Source: Mobula birostris
Lineage: Eukaryota
Assembly: GCF_030028105.1 (NCBI RefSeq)
Contig: NC_092374.1
Coordinates: 182,731,487-182,795,486, forward strand
Length of the DNA stretch: 64,000 nt
Direction: 5' to 3'
Made by a program: the position numbers and the translations under genes. The notes under the pieces are model-generated. The model was not told the origin of the DNA and ran no database searches. It saw only the letters and a list, made by a program, of their open reading frames with translations. Shown here in pieces: positions 12,690 to 23,698 of the stretch (positions are counted from its first letter, which is position 1; each line of letters starts with the position of its first letter).

Positions 12690-13110
12690 AGACAGGAATC
12701 AAACTTGGGTCGTTTAAATACAGAAAGATAGAATTCAAGAGGGAATTATGGGTTGGAATCTAATCAAATGATTCTGTGGGTTATCAAATGAATACTAGAT
12801 AGCTGGGAGTATCCCTTAGACTAGTCAGGAAGTTTAGTGGATTTACCTAACCCGTGACTCAGTCCCAGGTGTATAATTTATTTGAGTGTTGCAGGATGTC
12901 TATACGTGGAGTAACAGTTGCCAGAGAGTGAGTTACAGGCTGGAATCAAATCAATGTGTTCGGATGGTTTGTATATGGAATAATAGTCACCCGGGACTGG
13001 ATCACTGGTTATAATTTAATGGGGAGGTTCAGTGTGTTTAAATATGGAATAACAGTTACCTGGGAGTGAGTTTAGGCTGGAATTGAGTTGAAAAGTTCAG
13101 ATGTTCTTAA
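12690..13110. repeat. Degenerate ~70-bp satellite-like repeat
   Basis: Recurrent GGGAGTGAGTTACAGGCTGGAATC.AAT..ATATGGAATAACAG.TACC. Confidence 0.65.
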
Positions 13111-15498
13111 AGTGTAAAGGATCTGGAGAAATGAATATTTAATACACATACAACTATTTAATTAATCCAATATCTAAAGAGATGGGAACCTTGAACACTT
13201 TCAGCTGGTGTTTTCCCTTAAGTTATGTAGGGAAGGAGTTAGGTTTTAGTTTGGGCTCTAGGCTTATGTTGAAGGTGAGTGCTAGATTGTTGGATTAATT
13301 ATCTCTCTTTTGTTTTCAGTGTGTGGCTCTGTGGACAAGACTAACCAAGCCTGCTTAGGTGGAGATGGGGTCGCCTTGACTGGAAACCATTTGCAAACCC
13401 AAGTACCTTCACAGAAGAATTTCCTGCCCAATATTCAGCACCACAAACGGGCTTGTTGCCTGATTGCTGTTTGTGGGATCTCAGCTGTACGTAGAAATGG
13501 TGTCTTTGCTACCTTCCAGAGGTGTATACATTTCAGAGGTACTTGGGAGGCCAGGGAGATGCTGGAGAAGCTTTGTTCTTTATACTTTACATAACAAGAT
13601 GAAGCCCAGACTTAATCTCTATGTACAATCTCAAGAGTGGATAAGACCAGAAACAGTATTTTACCCTAAGCGAGTCTGCCAACTCATTAGGATAAAATAT
13701 TGTTCCTTGTCTTATATTCTGGACATCTTGTCTGGGACCTCATTCTCAAAGGAAACAGTGCAAATATGTATTGTTGTAAATTCTGTTGTCTGTATTACTG
13801 TCTATGTACCTTCACTACAGTCTGCGCACTGTTACATATTCCCTTCTATTGATGCTCTCTGAACAGCGGAGTTTCTCCAGCATTTTGCATGTGATGCTCG
13901 AGGCATCAGTCATTAATTCTAAATCGGCTACTATTTTGTAGGCACTGTAAGTACTTGCCCAAGCAACAGGAGCTGCTATATGGAGCTGGTTATTCTCAGC
14001 AGTGGCTCACCTAATTCCCCATAAACCGCCACACTATCAACAAAGCAGATAAATCCTCTTGTGTTCCTGCATGGATCCAGATCTGGTGTTCCTGTAGCAG
14101 TACAGCCTACTGATTGGCATTTGGTAGTGTCGGTGGAGCGGGCGGCTCCCTGCTGCCTTCGTGCTGATCCCAACCTCGTCACCAAGCCTGCAGACAAGGA
14201 TGTCTTCATTTTGGGACTGCGATTGATGTATGTTTGTTACTTAGGGGATCAGCGGATAGGGAGCAGTGGTGGGAGGGACTAAGGGACAGAGGAAAGGATC
14301 CACCGTGCTTCAGTGGACTGAGGTCCTCTCCTGTTCCCACTGGAGATGGGAAAGGGGAATGAATCCACTCATTAGGAACCCAAATGTGATGCTGGCTTTA
14401 AACTTTAATCACTGGTACGTGGTTGCACGAGAGAGCGTATGGAGGATATTCAGCAGGATGTTGCTGGGACCAGAGGACTTCAGTCCTGTGAGGAGAGAAT
14501 AGGCTGAGCTTGTTTTCCCAGGAGCAAAGGAAGCTGGAGGGTGATCTGGTAAAAGCATTTAAGATTATGAGAAGCATTGATGCAGTAGGATAGAATCTCT
14601 TTCAAGTGGTGGGTTTATTAAAAGCAGGAGGATGTAGGAGAAGGGAGTTGATATCTGGCATGCACTACCAGAGGAGGTCATGGAATAATGCAGCTTGGAA
14701 ACAGGCCCTTCAGCCCACCTTGTCCATACTGACAAAGTTTACTACCTGAGTGTGTCCCCTTTGTTTTTGGCTCTAATCCTTCTAAACCCTTCCTGTCTCT
14801 GTACCTGTCCAAATGACTTTTAAAAATGATAATTATTTAAGTTTATTGATGTCATGGATGTAGATCTGCAGGGTACAAATATTTGTAAAATTAACTTATT
14901 TTCAGTAGCAGTGCTATATGTTGCTAGATGAGGTGAAATGTAAATTAACATTATTTGTACATAACGTGCACGTGCGTAGCTGTACCTGGGAGTGGTGCAG
15001 TCAGACATCGTTCCTACACTTAAGAGGTACTTAAACAGACTCTTCGGCTAGGCACAGAAGGATGCGGACCTCATGGGGGTGAGTGAGGTCAGTGTAGCTG
15101 AGGAGACCAGCATGGCTGCAATGGGCCAAAAGGCCTGTTTCTGTACTATACCACAGCGCTGCTGGAGCTCAGCAGACCGAATGGACATGGGACATTCGAC
15201 ATCTCAGGTCCAGGCCCTTCACCTGGCTGGCAGTCTCCCCTCTGCTCTTCAGTTCAGGTGAAGGGTCTTGATTGGAAATGCTGACTGCCCTCTTCCCTCC
15301 CCCGATGCTGCCTGACCTGCTGAGTCCTTCAATGCTTTACTCATTACTCCAGATTCTGGCATCTGCAGCCTCCCCTGACACTGGGCTGGTGTGGGGCTCA
15401 GGGTGGGGATCTCTCCTCCTCATTTCCTCATGCTAAGTTATGTCCTGTGTCTTTTCTCCCCTCTACCACCCCATTCGGACTCGCAGCAGCCAGGAGCC

Positions 15499-16074
15499 AT
15501 GGAGGCAGGAAGCAATGTGCTGTACGTAGAGTTTCCCAACTTCGGTAACAACCTGCTGGAGAGCCTGAACCAGCAGCGGATGGAGGGCAAGTTCTGCGAC
15601 ATCTCCATCCACGTGCAGGGCAAGGTGTTCAAGGCTCACCGGGCGGTGCTGGCCGCCTCCTCGCCCTACTTCCACGACCAGGTGCTGTTCCGCAATGCCA
15701 GCCGCCTGGTGCTGCCGGGAGTGATGGACTCGCGAGCCTTTGAGAGCATCCTGGCTTCCTGCTACGCCGGCCGGCTGGCAGTGCTGCCGGCCGACATCGT
15801 CAGCTACCTGACGGTGGGGAGCTTCCTGCAGATGTGGCACGTGGTGGACAAGTGCACGGAGCTGCTGCGGGAGAGCCAGCCGCCGACGCCTGCCCCCACC
15901 CCCAGCTGCCAGCGCCCCTGCCGCCCCGCCGACAGCCAGTCGCCCAGCAGCAGCAACTACTTCAGCCCCCGGGAGGCGGCAGAGGCCAGGCCCGAGGCTG
16001 AGGAGGTGACCATTAAGGTGGACGAGGGGGCGGAGGGAGGGGAGGAGGAGGAGGAAGATGAGGACGAGGAGGAG
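15499..16074 (+). CDS. ZBTB22: ZBTB22-like BTB-zinc finger protein, coding exon 1 (BTB/POZ domain and start of acidic linker)
   Basis: Strong Kozak gccATGg at 15499 after a pyrimidine tract and tcgCAG/CAG acceptor (15484-15489). BTB signature LLESLNQQR..CDISIHVQG..FKAHRAVLAASSPYFHDQ..ADIVSYLTVGSFLQMWHVVDKCTELLRE and motif QSPSSSNYFSPRE recalled from ZBTB22. Phase-0 donor GAG|GTAGGT at 16075. Confidence 0.85.
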
Positions 16075-16129
16075 GTAGGTGGTACGGGGAACAGAGAGGG
16101 GACCTATGGCACGCCGTCTGTTCCAAAGT

Positions 16130-17100
16130 AAACCAGCTGCATATGATCCCTATCCTTCCTTACCTGGTGTATTCCTGTGTGTCTGTCTAATAAATGCCTC
16201 TGCCACATCTGCTTCCACTGCCACCTCTAGCAGTACATTCCACGCACCCGCCTCCCTCTGTGTATAAACCTGCTCCGCACATCTCCTTTGAACCCCTCCC
16301 TCCCCCACCTTAATCCTATGCTCCCTAGTGCCTGATATCTACTGTAGGAAAAAGAGTCTAACCATGTCCCTCATCTCAGCCTCTTGTAATTTTATAAACT
16401 TCCTATTACATCTCCCCTCAGGTTCCAATGCTTTAGAGAAAACAATCCAGTTTGTTGGACCTCTCTTTCTAGCTTACAATGCAGTCAGCATCCTGGTAAA
16501 CCTCCTAGAACACAATGTAGGCAGCATCTTGGAAAAACCTCTTTCTGGCACACGATGGAGGCTGCATCTTGGTAATCCTTTTCTGCACCTTTCCACAGAC
16601 TCCATATCCTTCGTATAATGGGGCAAACCAGAATTACAGTCAGAAATCCCAAGTGCATCCTAACCAAGGTTTTGTACGACTTCCTGACTCTTATACTTTA
16701 AGCCCCTAGTGATGAAGGCAAGCATGCCATTTGGCTTCTTTACCACTCTGTCTACTTGTGCCACCATTTTCAGGGAAATATGGATTTGGACAGCAAGATT
16801 CCTCAGTACAACAATGCTGTGCAGCATCCTGCCATCAACTGTATAATTTCCCCTTATATTTGACCTCCCAGCGTTCAACAGTTCACTGTTGCCTGGATTA
16901 AACCCCATCTGCTATTTCTCCACACATAACAGTTCTATATCCTTTCACGACCTTTATCACTGCCCACAGCTCCACTCATTTTTGTGTCATCTGCGGACAT
17001 GCTAATCAATCCGTCTACATTTTGCCCAAGACACAAACAACAGAGCACTGATCTCCGCAGAACACTAGTCGCGGATCTCCAGTCAGAATAACAGGCTTGT
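16130..17100 (-). mobile_element. Degenerate CR1 filling the coding intron of gene 1
   Basis: ORF 16660..16908 (QVDRVVKK.NGMLAFI.RGL.YKSQEV) is CR1 ORF2 C-terminus; CR1 3'UTR-like sequence near 16140-16330. Confidence 0.8.
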
Positions 17101-17341
17101 TAATTTTGCACTCAACCTTCTTGATCCTTGTGCTCAAACTTTTCAACTCTTGTGCTTAAATTTTCTGATCATAGCACTCCAACCTCTGTGCTCTCTGTTG
17201 CTAATTGTGCTCTTGCTTGTATAATTTTGTACTGTTTACGTTCTTTGTGTGACTGTTGTCGCTGATGTGAAAGGTCTGTGATGCTGCTGCAAGTTGAGTT
17301 TCTCGTTGGCATGACTTGACTTTGACTTCCTTACACCGCAG

Positions 17342-18199
17342 GTGGAGGATGAAGAGGAGGAGGAGGATGAGGCGGACAAGGCCAAGGAGCTGGAGCAGAA
17401 GGTCACCAGCAACCAGGGGGCGGAGGGGACGGGGGAAGGAGGCTTGGCTGACAGCCTCTTCCAGCCACCGGCGTACACCCCGGCGGGCCCAGCGCAAGCA
17501 CCGCCCTCGCGCTGGGTCCTGGTCAAGAAGGAGAAGCCGGAGGAGGACCTGGTGCTGACCTGTGAGGAGGATGAGCACCATTTTGTGAAGACGGCGGGCT
17601 GCCGGCGGGCCGAGCCCCAGCCGCTCAGCATCAGCGACGTCTGCACCCTGGCCGGGCCCGAGCTGCTGGCGGCCGCCGAGGAGCCGTCCTTCGAGGAGCC
17701 AGGCGACCTGTGCGGCTCCTCTGAGGAGTTCACCTACGAAGGAACGGACGGGGGCAGCCCCCGGGGCGGAGGAGGAGACGGAGGCGGTGGCGGCGGAGGA
17801 GGAGGAGGTGGCGGTGGTGGCTGCTGCCCGCGGCCGGGCGCCGGGGGCCCACCCGGGGGCTGCTGGCCGCAGGGCGACACTCGGCACGGTGCGGCTGGGG
17901 GCGGAGCGGGAGCGGGGGCCGGTGGCAAGATGTTCGCCTGTCACTGCGGCAAGGCGTTCACCCACCGGAGCCAACGGGACCGGCACATCAACATGCACCT
18001 CAACCTGCGGCCCTTCGGCTGCACCATCTGCGGCAAGAAGTTCAAGATGAAGCACCACCTGGTGGAGCACATGAAGATCCACACCGGCCTCAAGCCCTTC
18101 GAGTGCCACGTCTGCGGCAAGAAGTTCATGTGGCGGGACAGTTTCCTGCGGCACCGGGCCGCCTGTGAGAAGCTACAGCGGGCCACTGCCCTCCCGTAA
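17342..18199 (+). CDS. ZBTB22: ZBTB22-like protein, coding exon 2 (linker, poly-Gly, three C-terminal zinc fingers)
   Basis: Acceptor ttccttacaccgcAG|GTG at 17341/17342 keeps frame with exon 1 (477 aa total). Motifs EDLVLTCEEDE and LSISDVCTL; fingers CHCGKAF..HINMH-LNLRPFGCTIC..HMKIH-TGLKPFECHVC..HRAAC; TAA at 18197-18199. Confidence 0.85.
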   Translation: MEDEEEEEDEADKAKELEQKVTSNQGAEGTGEGGLADSLFQPPAYTPAGPAQAPPSRWVLVKKEKPEEDLVLTCEEDEHHFVKTAGCRRAEPQPLSISDVCTLAGPELLAAAEEPSFEEPGDLCGSSEEFTYEGTDGGSPRGGGGDGGGGGGGGGGGGGGCCPRPGAGGPPGGCWPQGDTRHGAAGGGAGAGAGGKMFACHCGKAFTHRSQRDRHINMHLNLRPFGCTICGKKFKMKHHLVEHMKIHTGLKPFECHVCGKKFMWRDSFLRHRAACEKLQRATALP

Positions 18200-19104
18200 A
18201 AATGGGACACCACCCCTCCCCTCACCTGAAAGGGATCTCCCTCCCACCATGAGAGGGGTACTTCCCTTCCCTCCCACTCTGCCCCACTCCATCCAGTCAT
18301 TGAAAAGGAGACCCCCTCCCCATTTCTTCCCAACCTCTCCCCTCCCCAGGGAGGGTGATCCTCCCCTCCGCTCCCCTGAAAGGTGGCCCCCTCACCTCAC
18401 CACTCCCCTCCTTGTCCGCTGGGCGTCGCGAGGAGGGGGTGGGGAGTTGGGTGTTGTTTGAGCTGGCTCAGCCCCCCCCCCCCATCCCTCTCCCCCAGGA
18501 TGGCCAGTTCCCTTGGTTTCCTGGTGACGGTCGGCATGCCGACACTCCTACCTGTCTGGATCGGGGGCTGGCCTGGGTGTGGGCACGAGAGGTTGCTGTA
18601 TAGAGAGGCAACAGAAACAGCAGACTGAAGATTCAGCAGGTCAGGCAGCAGCTGTAGAAGCCCCGAGGGGCAGCTGCTGTTGTGGGTCGAGACCCTTCTT
18701 TGGGACTTCCCTCCACTTGAATTGCCGACCGCCTCTCGGCCCTTCACAGATGCTGCCTGACCTGCTGAGACTGGACAGCTTGTTTTATTTTTGTTGGTGG
18801 CGTAGGTGTCGATCCAGTCACTGCCACAGTACATTTTGGATTCGGAGTGGAGGATGTCAATGCTGTGGTTTCACTAGTTGCTCCCCCAAAATGTTGGGCA
18901 TTTGGAGAGAGTGAAGGAAGCCCCTCGAACCATCTCCCGTTATCATTAAAGACCACTTTCAGGGGTAAAAGCATTATGGGATTGACTGGGCAGCTCTTTC
19001 AAGGAGCTGACACAGCTGGAATGGGCCAAATGGCCTCCCTGGCTGCTGTGTGATTCTGTGATTATGAGCTACTCATGGAAAAGCTGATTTGGAATGTAGT
19101 TTTA

Positions 19105-19604
19105 ACGCACAAAATGCTGGAGGAACTTAGCAGGTCAGGCAGCATCTACGGAGAGGAATAAAGGGTCAATGGTTTGAGCCAAGCCCTTTCATTAGCACTG
19201 GAAAGGAAGGGGTAAGACACCTGAATAAAGTGGGGGGAAGGGGAAGGAGTACAAGCTGGAAGGTGATAGCTGAAGACATGGCCCATTCTATCAGATTCCT
19301 TCTTTTCCGGTAGTTTACCTTTCTACCTATCACCTCCCACCTTCTTGAGTCATCCCCCTCCCTCACTCCCCTACCTTCCCTCTCACCTGGCTTCACTTAT
19401 CACCTTCCAGCTTATACTCCTTCCCCTCCCTTCTCATTCTGGGTTCTGCCCCTTCCTGTCCAGTACTGACAAAGGGTCTCGGCCCAACACACCAACTTTT
19501 TATTCCCCTCCACAGATGCTGCCTGCTTTGCTGTGTTCCTCAAATATCTTGTGTGTGTGTGTGTGTGTTATCCTGAATCTCCAATATCTGCAGAATATCT
19601 TGTG
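19105..19604. mobile_element. Penelope-derived fold-back element in the putative 3'UTR of gene 1
   Basis: ~170-bp inverted arms (19106-19275, 19391-19556); 17-bp TSD TTTGGAATGYAGTTTTA (19088-19104, 19605-19621). Confidence 0.8.
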
Positions 19605-22600
19605 TTTGGAATGCAGTTTTATATCCAACAGTGTTTACTGTCAGATCAGGTTGGCATTGTCTCATTCTCCAGAGGTGGATGGGTTATTATTGCTTTCATT
19701 GTGTCTTTGGTTTGTTTTAAATTCTTCCACCAACTCTCCTGTATCTCTGGCTGTACATAGTTTTAACACAGTAGATAATTTAAGCTGTCTACAAAAACAA
19801 TGGCTTTCCTATCTACTTTGTCAAGGTACTGTCATTTATAGGTGCTCTGCTTTCATGGGGTGACTGACTTGAGGACCTGAAGCTGCCATTTCTGGTGCTC
19901 CATCTGTCAGTGTTACCCATTGCTGTCTTTCCCATTTTCCAGACATTTGCCGAACCATTGTTTTGTCGGACGTGTTCACCAACATGATCAGACTGACAGG
20001 TGTGGCATTACATGGTGAAGGAATGTAAAATATTGCTGGTTATATTAATCAGTAATTGAAAATACCTGTTTTTACTCCCCTTAGTCATACTCTGACAGAT
20101 TTCAATCCCCATCCTCAGAGGCAGTGTTGGGATTCCTGATTTTTCTTTAGTTGGATATCTGGGGACTAGTGAAGCCACCTGTTGTAGAATTTGGAGCAAG
20201 AAACAAGCCTGTGGTAGAGCCCAGTGAGTCAGGGAGGAAAATGGACAGTCAATGTCTTATCCGGATGAAGGGACTCGATGCAAAACACAATTGTTTGTTT
20301 CTCTCTACAGATGTTGCCCAACCTGCAGAGCTGTTCCTCTGCCATTCTGTTTGTTGCACTGGAAAGTTAATGGCAGTTCACACCAAATGACTTGTATTTG
20401 TGATTCTGATAGGGCACCGGCATCATTCAGGGAATTTAGAGACCGTCTTTGTGTGCTTTGACACATGTGCATTTGCCAATATCCACACTGGATCCTGGAG
20501 AAACAGAGGAACTGTGATGTACATCATGTGGCAGAGAGAATGCACGGGAATTAAGGCCTTACAGGACGATTAACTGCTGTACACACATTACAGAAAGCAC
20601 TGAAGCCTCCACTGCCTATGACCTGCACATGAGTACAACTTCAAAATGGACGTGTGAGAAGGAAACATTTTCAAGGCTCTGGCAGAAGAATTAGACGGTT
20701 CTTTCCAAAAGACTACTGGGCCAACTTACTTTTATGGCCTCCCTATGCTTTTGAATTGTGGAATGGATTGACAGGATTTCAAATGCGAGGTTTGGTTTTT
20801 ACAGTTCTTACTGGAGTGATAGTTTGACTTTAGAATTTGCTCTAGAATAATTGTTTAAACCTATTATGCAGTTTTGTGTACTTTAGGTGTGTGTGAGAAA
20901 CTGTGTGTTTATGTATGTCTATATTTATATTGTTATACAGCAAAGAAATAGGCCATCTGGCCTTTAAAAACGCCTTTCTAGTTTCTTCCCCTTCATGATC
21001 CGTTCTCTTGAAAGCATCTGATCCACTTCCAGAAATGTTGAATTCCATATCCTGACCGTTGTCTCCTTAATTTCCTGTTGGATATCACCAGCCACCAGTT
21101 TGGGATTCTCTCACTGGTGGGAATGTACCATGTCTGTCGCAACCCATTCAGAATTTGGAAGACACGGATCAGGTCACTGCTCTGTCTCTCTTTCTAAAGA
21201 GTAAAGTTCCAGCCATTTCTCATCACTCTAAAGTTTTCAGCAATATCATTGCACATTTTTGAAAATATGGTCTTGCTGTTTTGCTATCCTTTTTGAAGTG
21301 AAGACTATCATGATTCTTTACAAGTTTAACATAACTTCTGAATTTCCTTGGTCTGCACGTTTAATTGTTCGGCTGACCTTTGGCATGGTTTTTAATAGTT
21401 GGTCTTGTTGTGTCCTCTCTGCTCTTCTGCCCTGCTCAGTTTTCTTTTCTACAGAGACGGTGATGTTTTCTCTTCCAAAATTCACACCCTCATATCTAAA
21501 TGTTTATTTTCTTCTTCATCGCTGGTATCCAGGTTTTCTGCGTGTATTGTGTGCATTGAATTGCAGAATGTAAAACAGGGTAAATGTCCACATTTGTATG
21601 TGTGTTTATGTAGATATCAATAGAAGTGTACATATATATTGTGCGTTTGTGGATAAAGGTGTAAATATGCATAATATGCAAACTAAAATGTTGTGTATTT
21701 GTGAAGCCAAACACTAAATGGCCAGAAGAGATTGTATTGGAGAAGTTATTTGGACTACTTTAACTCTGATAGTAAGCCAAGAAATCCGAGCCCTGATCTC
21801 TGATCGGTGTGGCTTGGCTAGGGCAGGTCAGTTGCCATAATCAGGCAGGGTCCACTGGGGCTACATATTGGTTGAGGTTTCCACATGCAGTCACTATCTG
21901 GGGTCCCTGCTGATAGGTGCTGGTGTGGAGATATTAGGGGCATTTCAGGTCTAACCCCTCCTGTGGCAACTCAAGGTGAGAAGGCCCACCCATTCCACAC
22001 CCCCTCTTACTCTGGGCTCGTGTTATTAAGTGACTAGAGTACCTGGTCTTCGTGTTGTCTGAAACCTTGGAAGGCCACCCAGTGAGGCTGAGAATCTAAG
22101 CAGAGCTAAAAGCTGGGGTGTGAGGGCTGTTCTTTGTGGTGAGGTCAGTAAGTAATGAAAGTACACAGTGGAAAATTGTGGCTTGATTCAGGTGGGGTGG
22201 GGGGCATCCTGAAGGGCCCCCAGTGTCACAGGTTGGATGGGAACTGGAGATCAGGCATCCTTGTTAAGCAGGGTTGGAAAGGCTTCATGCTTACTGAGGA
22301 GGGGAGCAACTCATGGTCCCTGGAATCAGGCATTCATGGTATCCACTACCCATTATATTACAACTGAACGTGGATCTTGTGCACTGCTGATCTTGATTTA
22401 ACCTGAGAGTTTAGTGGTGGTGAACGCCCACTGTGTCTCACTGTTGCTTGTATGTCTGCGACACACCAGGCACAGTGGGAGACTGTTGTCATGGTGTGAC
22501 TACTTCAGAACACAGTGTCAGTGGGACTGGGATATGGGATTAGTAATGGGTCAGGTTCTCCACATCGTCGACCCGCTAGACTGGCTGGGAAATTTCAATG

Positions 22601-22649
22601 AATTCACTGTTCTTTATCTAGAATGTAAAGTGCATTAAACATGGATGTG

Positions 22650-22965
22650 CAGTGACGCAGCGGGTAGAACTGCTGCCTCACAACTCCAGAGTCTCAGCTT
22701 CAATCCTGCATGTGGAGTTTGCACCTTCTCCCTGTGCGTGTGCGGGTTTGCCCGGGTGCTCCAGTTTCCTCCCCCATCCCAACCCCGCGTGGTTCGGTGG
22801 GTTAAGTGGCTGCTGGAAATTGTCTACTCGCATGTAAGGTGATGGGTAGAATTTCTGGGGTGGGGAAGTTGATGGGAATGTAGGGAGAATAAAATGGGAT
22901 CTGTGTGAATGGGTATTTAGTGGAAGGGACTCAATGGGCCAAACAGCCTGTTTCTGTGCTGCATG
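22650..22965 (+). mobile_element. V-domain tRNA-SINE (HE1-like); related copies at ~10590-10870(-), 41465-41770(+), 50498-50830(+), 53700-54005(-), 58590-58890(-), 58910-59210(-), 60383-60630(+), 62395-62545(+)
   Basis: Shared core TGTGGAGTTTGCA..TTCTCCC.GTG..GGGTTT..GGGTGCTCC.GTTTCCTCCC; several copies end in a CR1-like tail. Confidence 0.75.
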
Positions 22966-23114
22966 ACTGCCTCAGACTAACTCACTCATGTTCTCTATGA
23001 CCGATTGGCACAGGTGATTGGACTTGTATCTGCCCTTTGAAATGCCCCAGCAAGGCTGATCCCAACACTAGCATCTATTCAGGATCCATTGCGAGTGGTG
23101 TCTGTTGACTGCCG

Positions 23115-23262
23115 CTGTGTGACACCATAGTCACAGTGAGTAGTGTCTGTGCACTATCACCGTGTGGCACTAGTCACAGTGAGTAGTATCTGTGTGACAC
23201 TGTAGTCAAAGTCTGAATACTTGCTGTCCACCACCACCGTTTGACATTTTAGTCACAGTGTG
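23115..23262. repeat. Degenerate tandem repeat with TAGTCACAGTG core, ~4 copies
   Basis: Seen directly. Confidence 0.65.
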
Positions 23263-23649
23263 TGAGAGATGAGGCCGTATTGTGATCTAACTGTGCCCTG
23301 ACCCTGTGCTGGTTACTGATGACCCTTTAACATACCACTGTTAGTAGTCATTGTTCTAATCCCAGCCATGTCAGTGTGTGAGTGTGTCCTGTAGTCCACC
23401 ATGACGAGCTACAGTGTTGTGTTGTAACATAATAGGTATTGTCAGCTGTGAATGGAGAGAGACATGTTTCCAACAAGTGACATTATTGTTGATTACTTAG
23501 TGCCTATTTGGAACCCAAAAATAAGTAAGGTTGTAAGACAACTAGAAATGGACCTTTTTAGTTAGCGGTGTAATTGCCTGCGTATAAATTAATTATTAGC
23601 TTTGTTGTAATATCTTAGTACTCAAACTGGATTTGTACAAAGTTTTTAA

Positions 23650-23698
23650 AATAAATTGAAATATGGTTATATTGCCTGTGATGGAAATATTAAATAAA
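23650..23698 (+). terminator. Candidate distal polyadenylation signals of the ZBTB22-like gene
   Basis: Two AATAAA (23650, 23693) ending an AT-rich unique block, followed by a GU/U-rich tract; would imply a ~5.5 kb 3'UTR. Confidence 0.4.

Noticed and set aside
13320-13540. Possible internal 5'UTR exon of gene 1 (strong acceptor at 13319)
   Set aside because: No convincing donor could be assigned; needs transcript data.
15391-15498. N-terminal extensions of ORFs 15391..16131 and 51029..52609
   Set aside because: They start at non-ATG codons upstream of clear splice acceptors; the family-consistent starts are ATG 15499 and ATG 51122.
17201-18154. 317-aa antisense ORF (also 15463-15840, 50918-51517, 52103-52669)
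   Set aside because: Shadow ORFs of GC3-rich ZBTB coding sequence; no independent domain or splice evidence.
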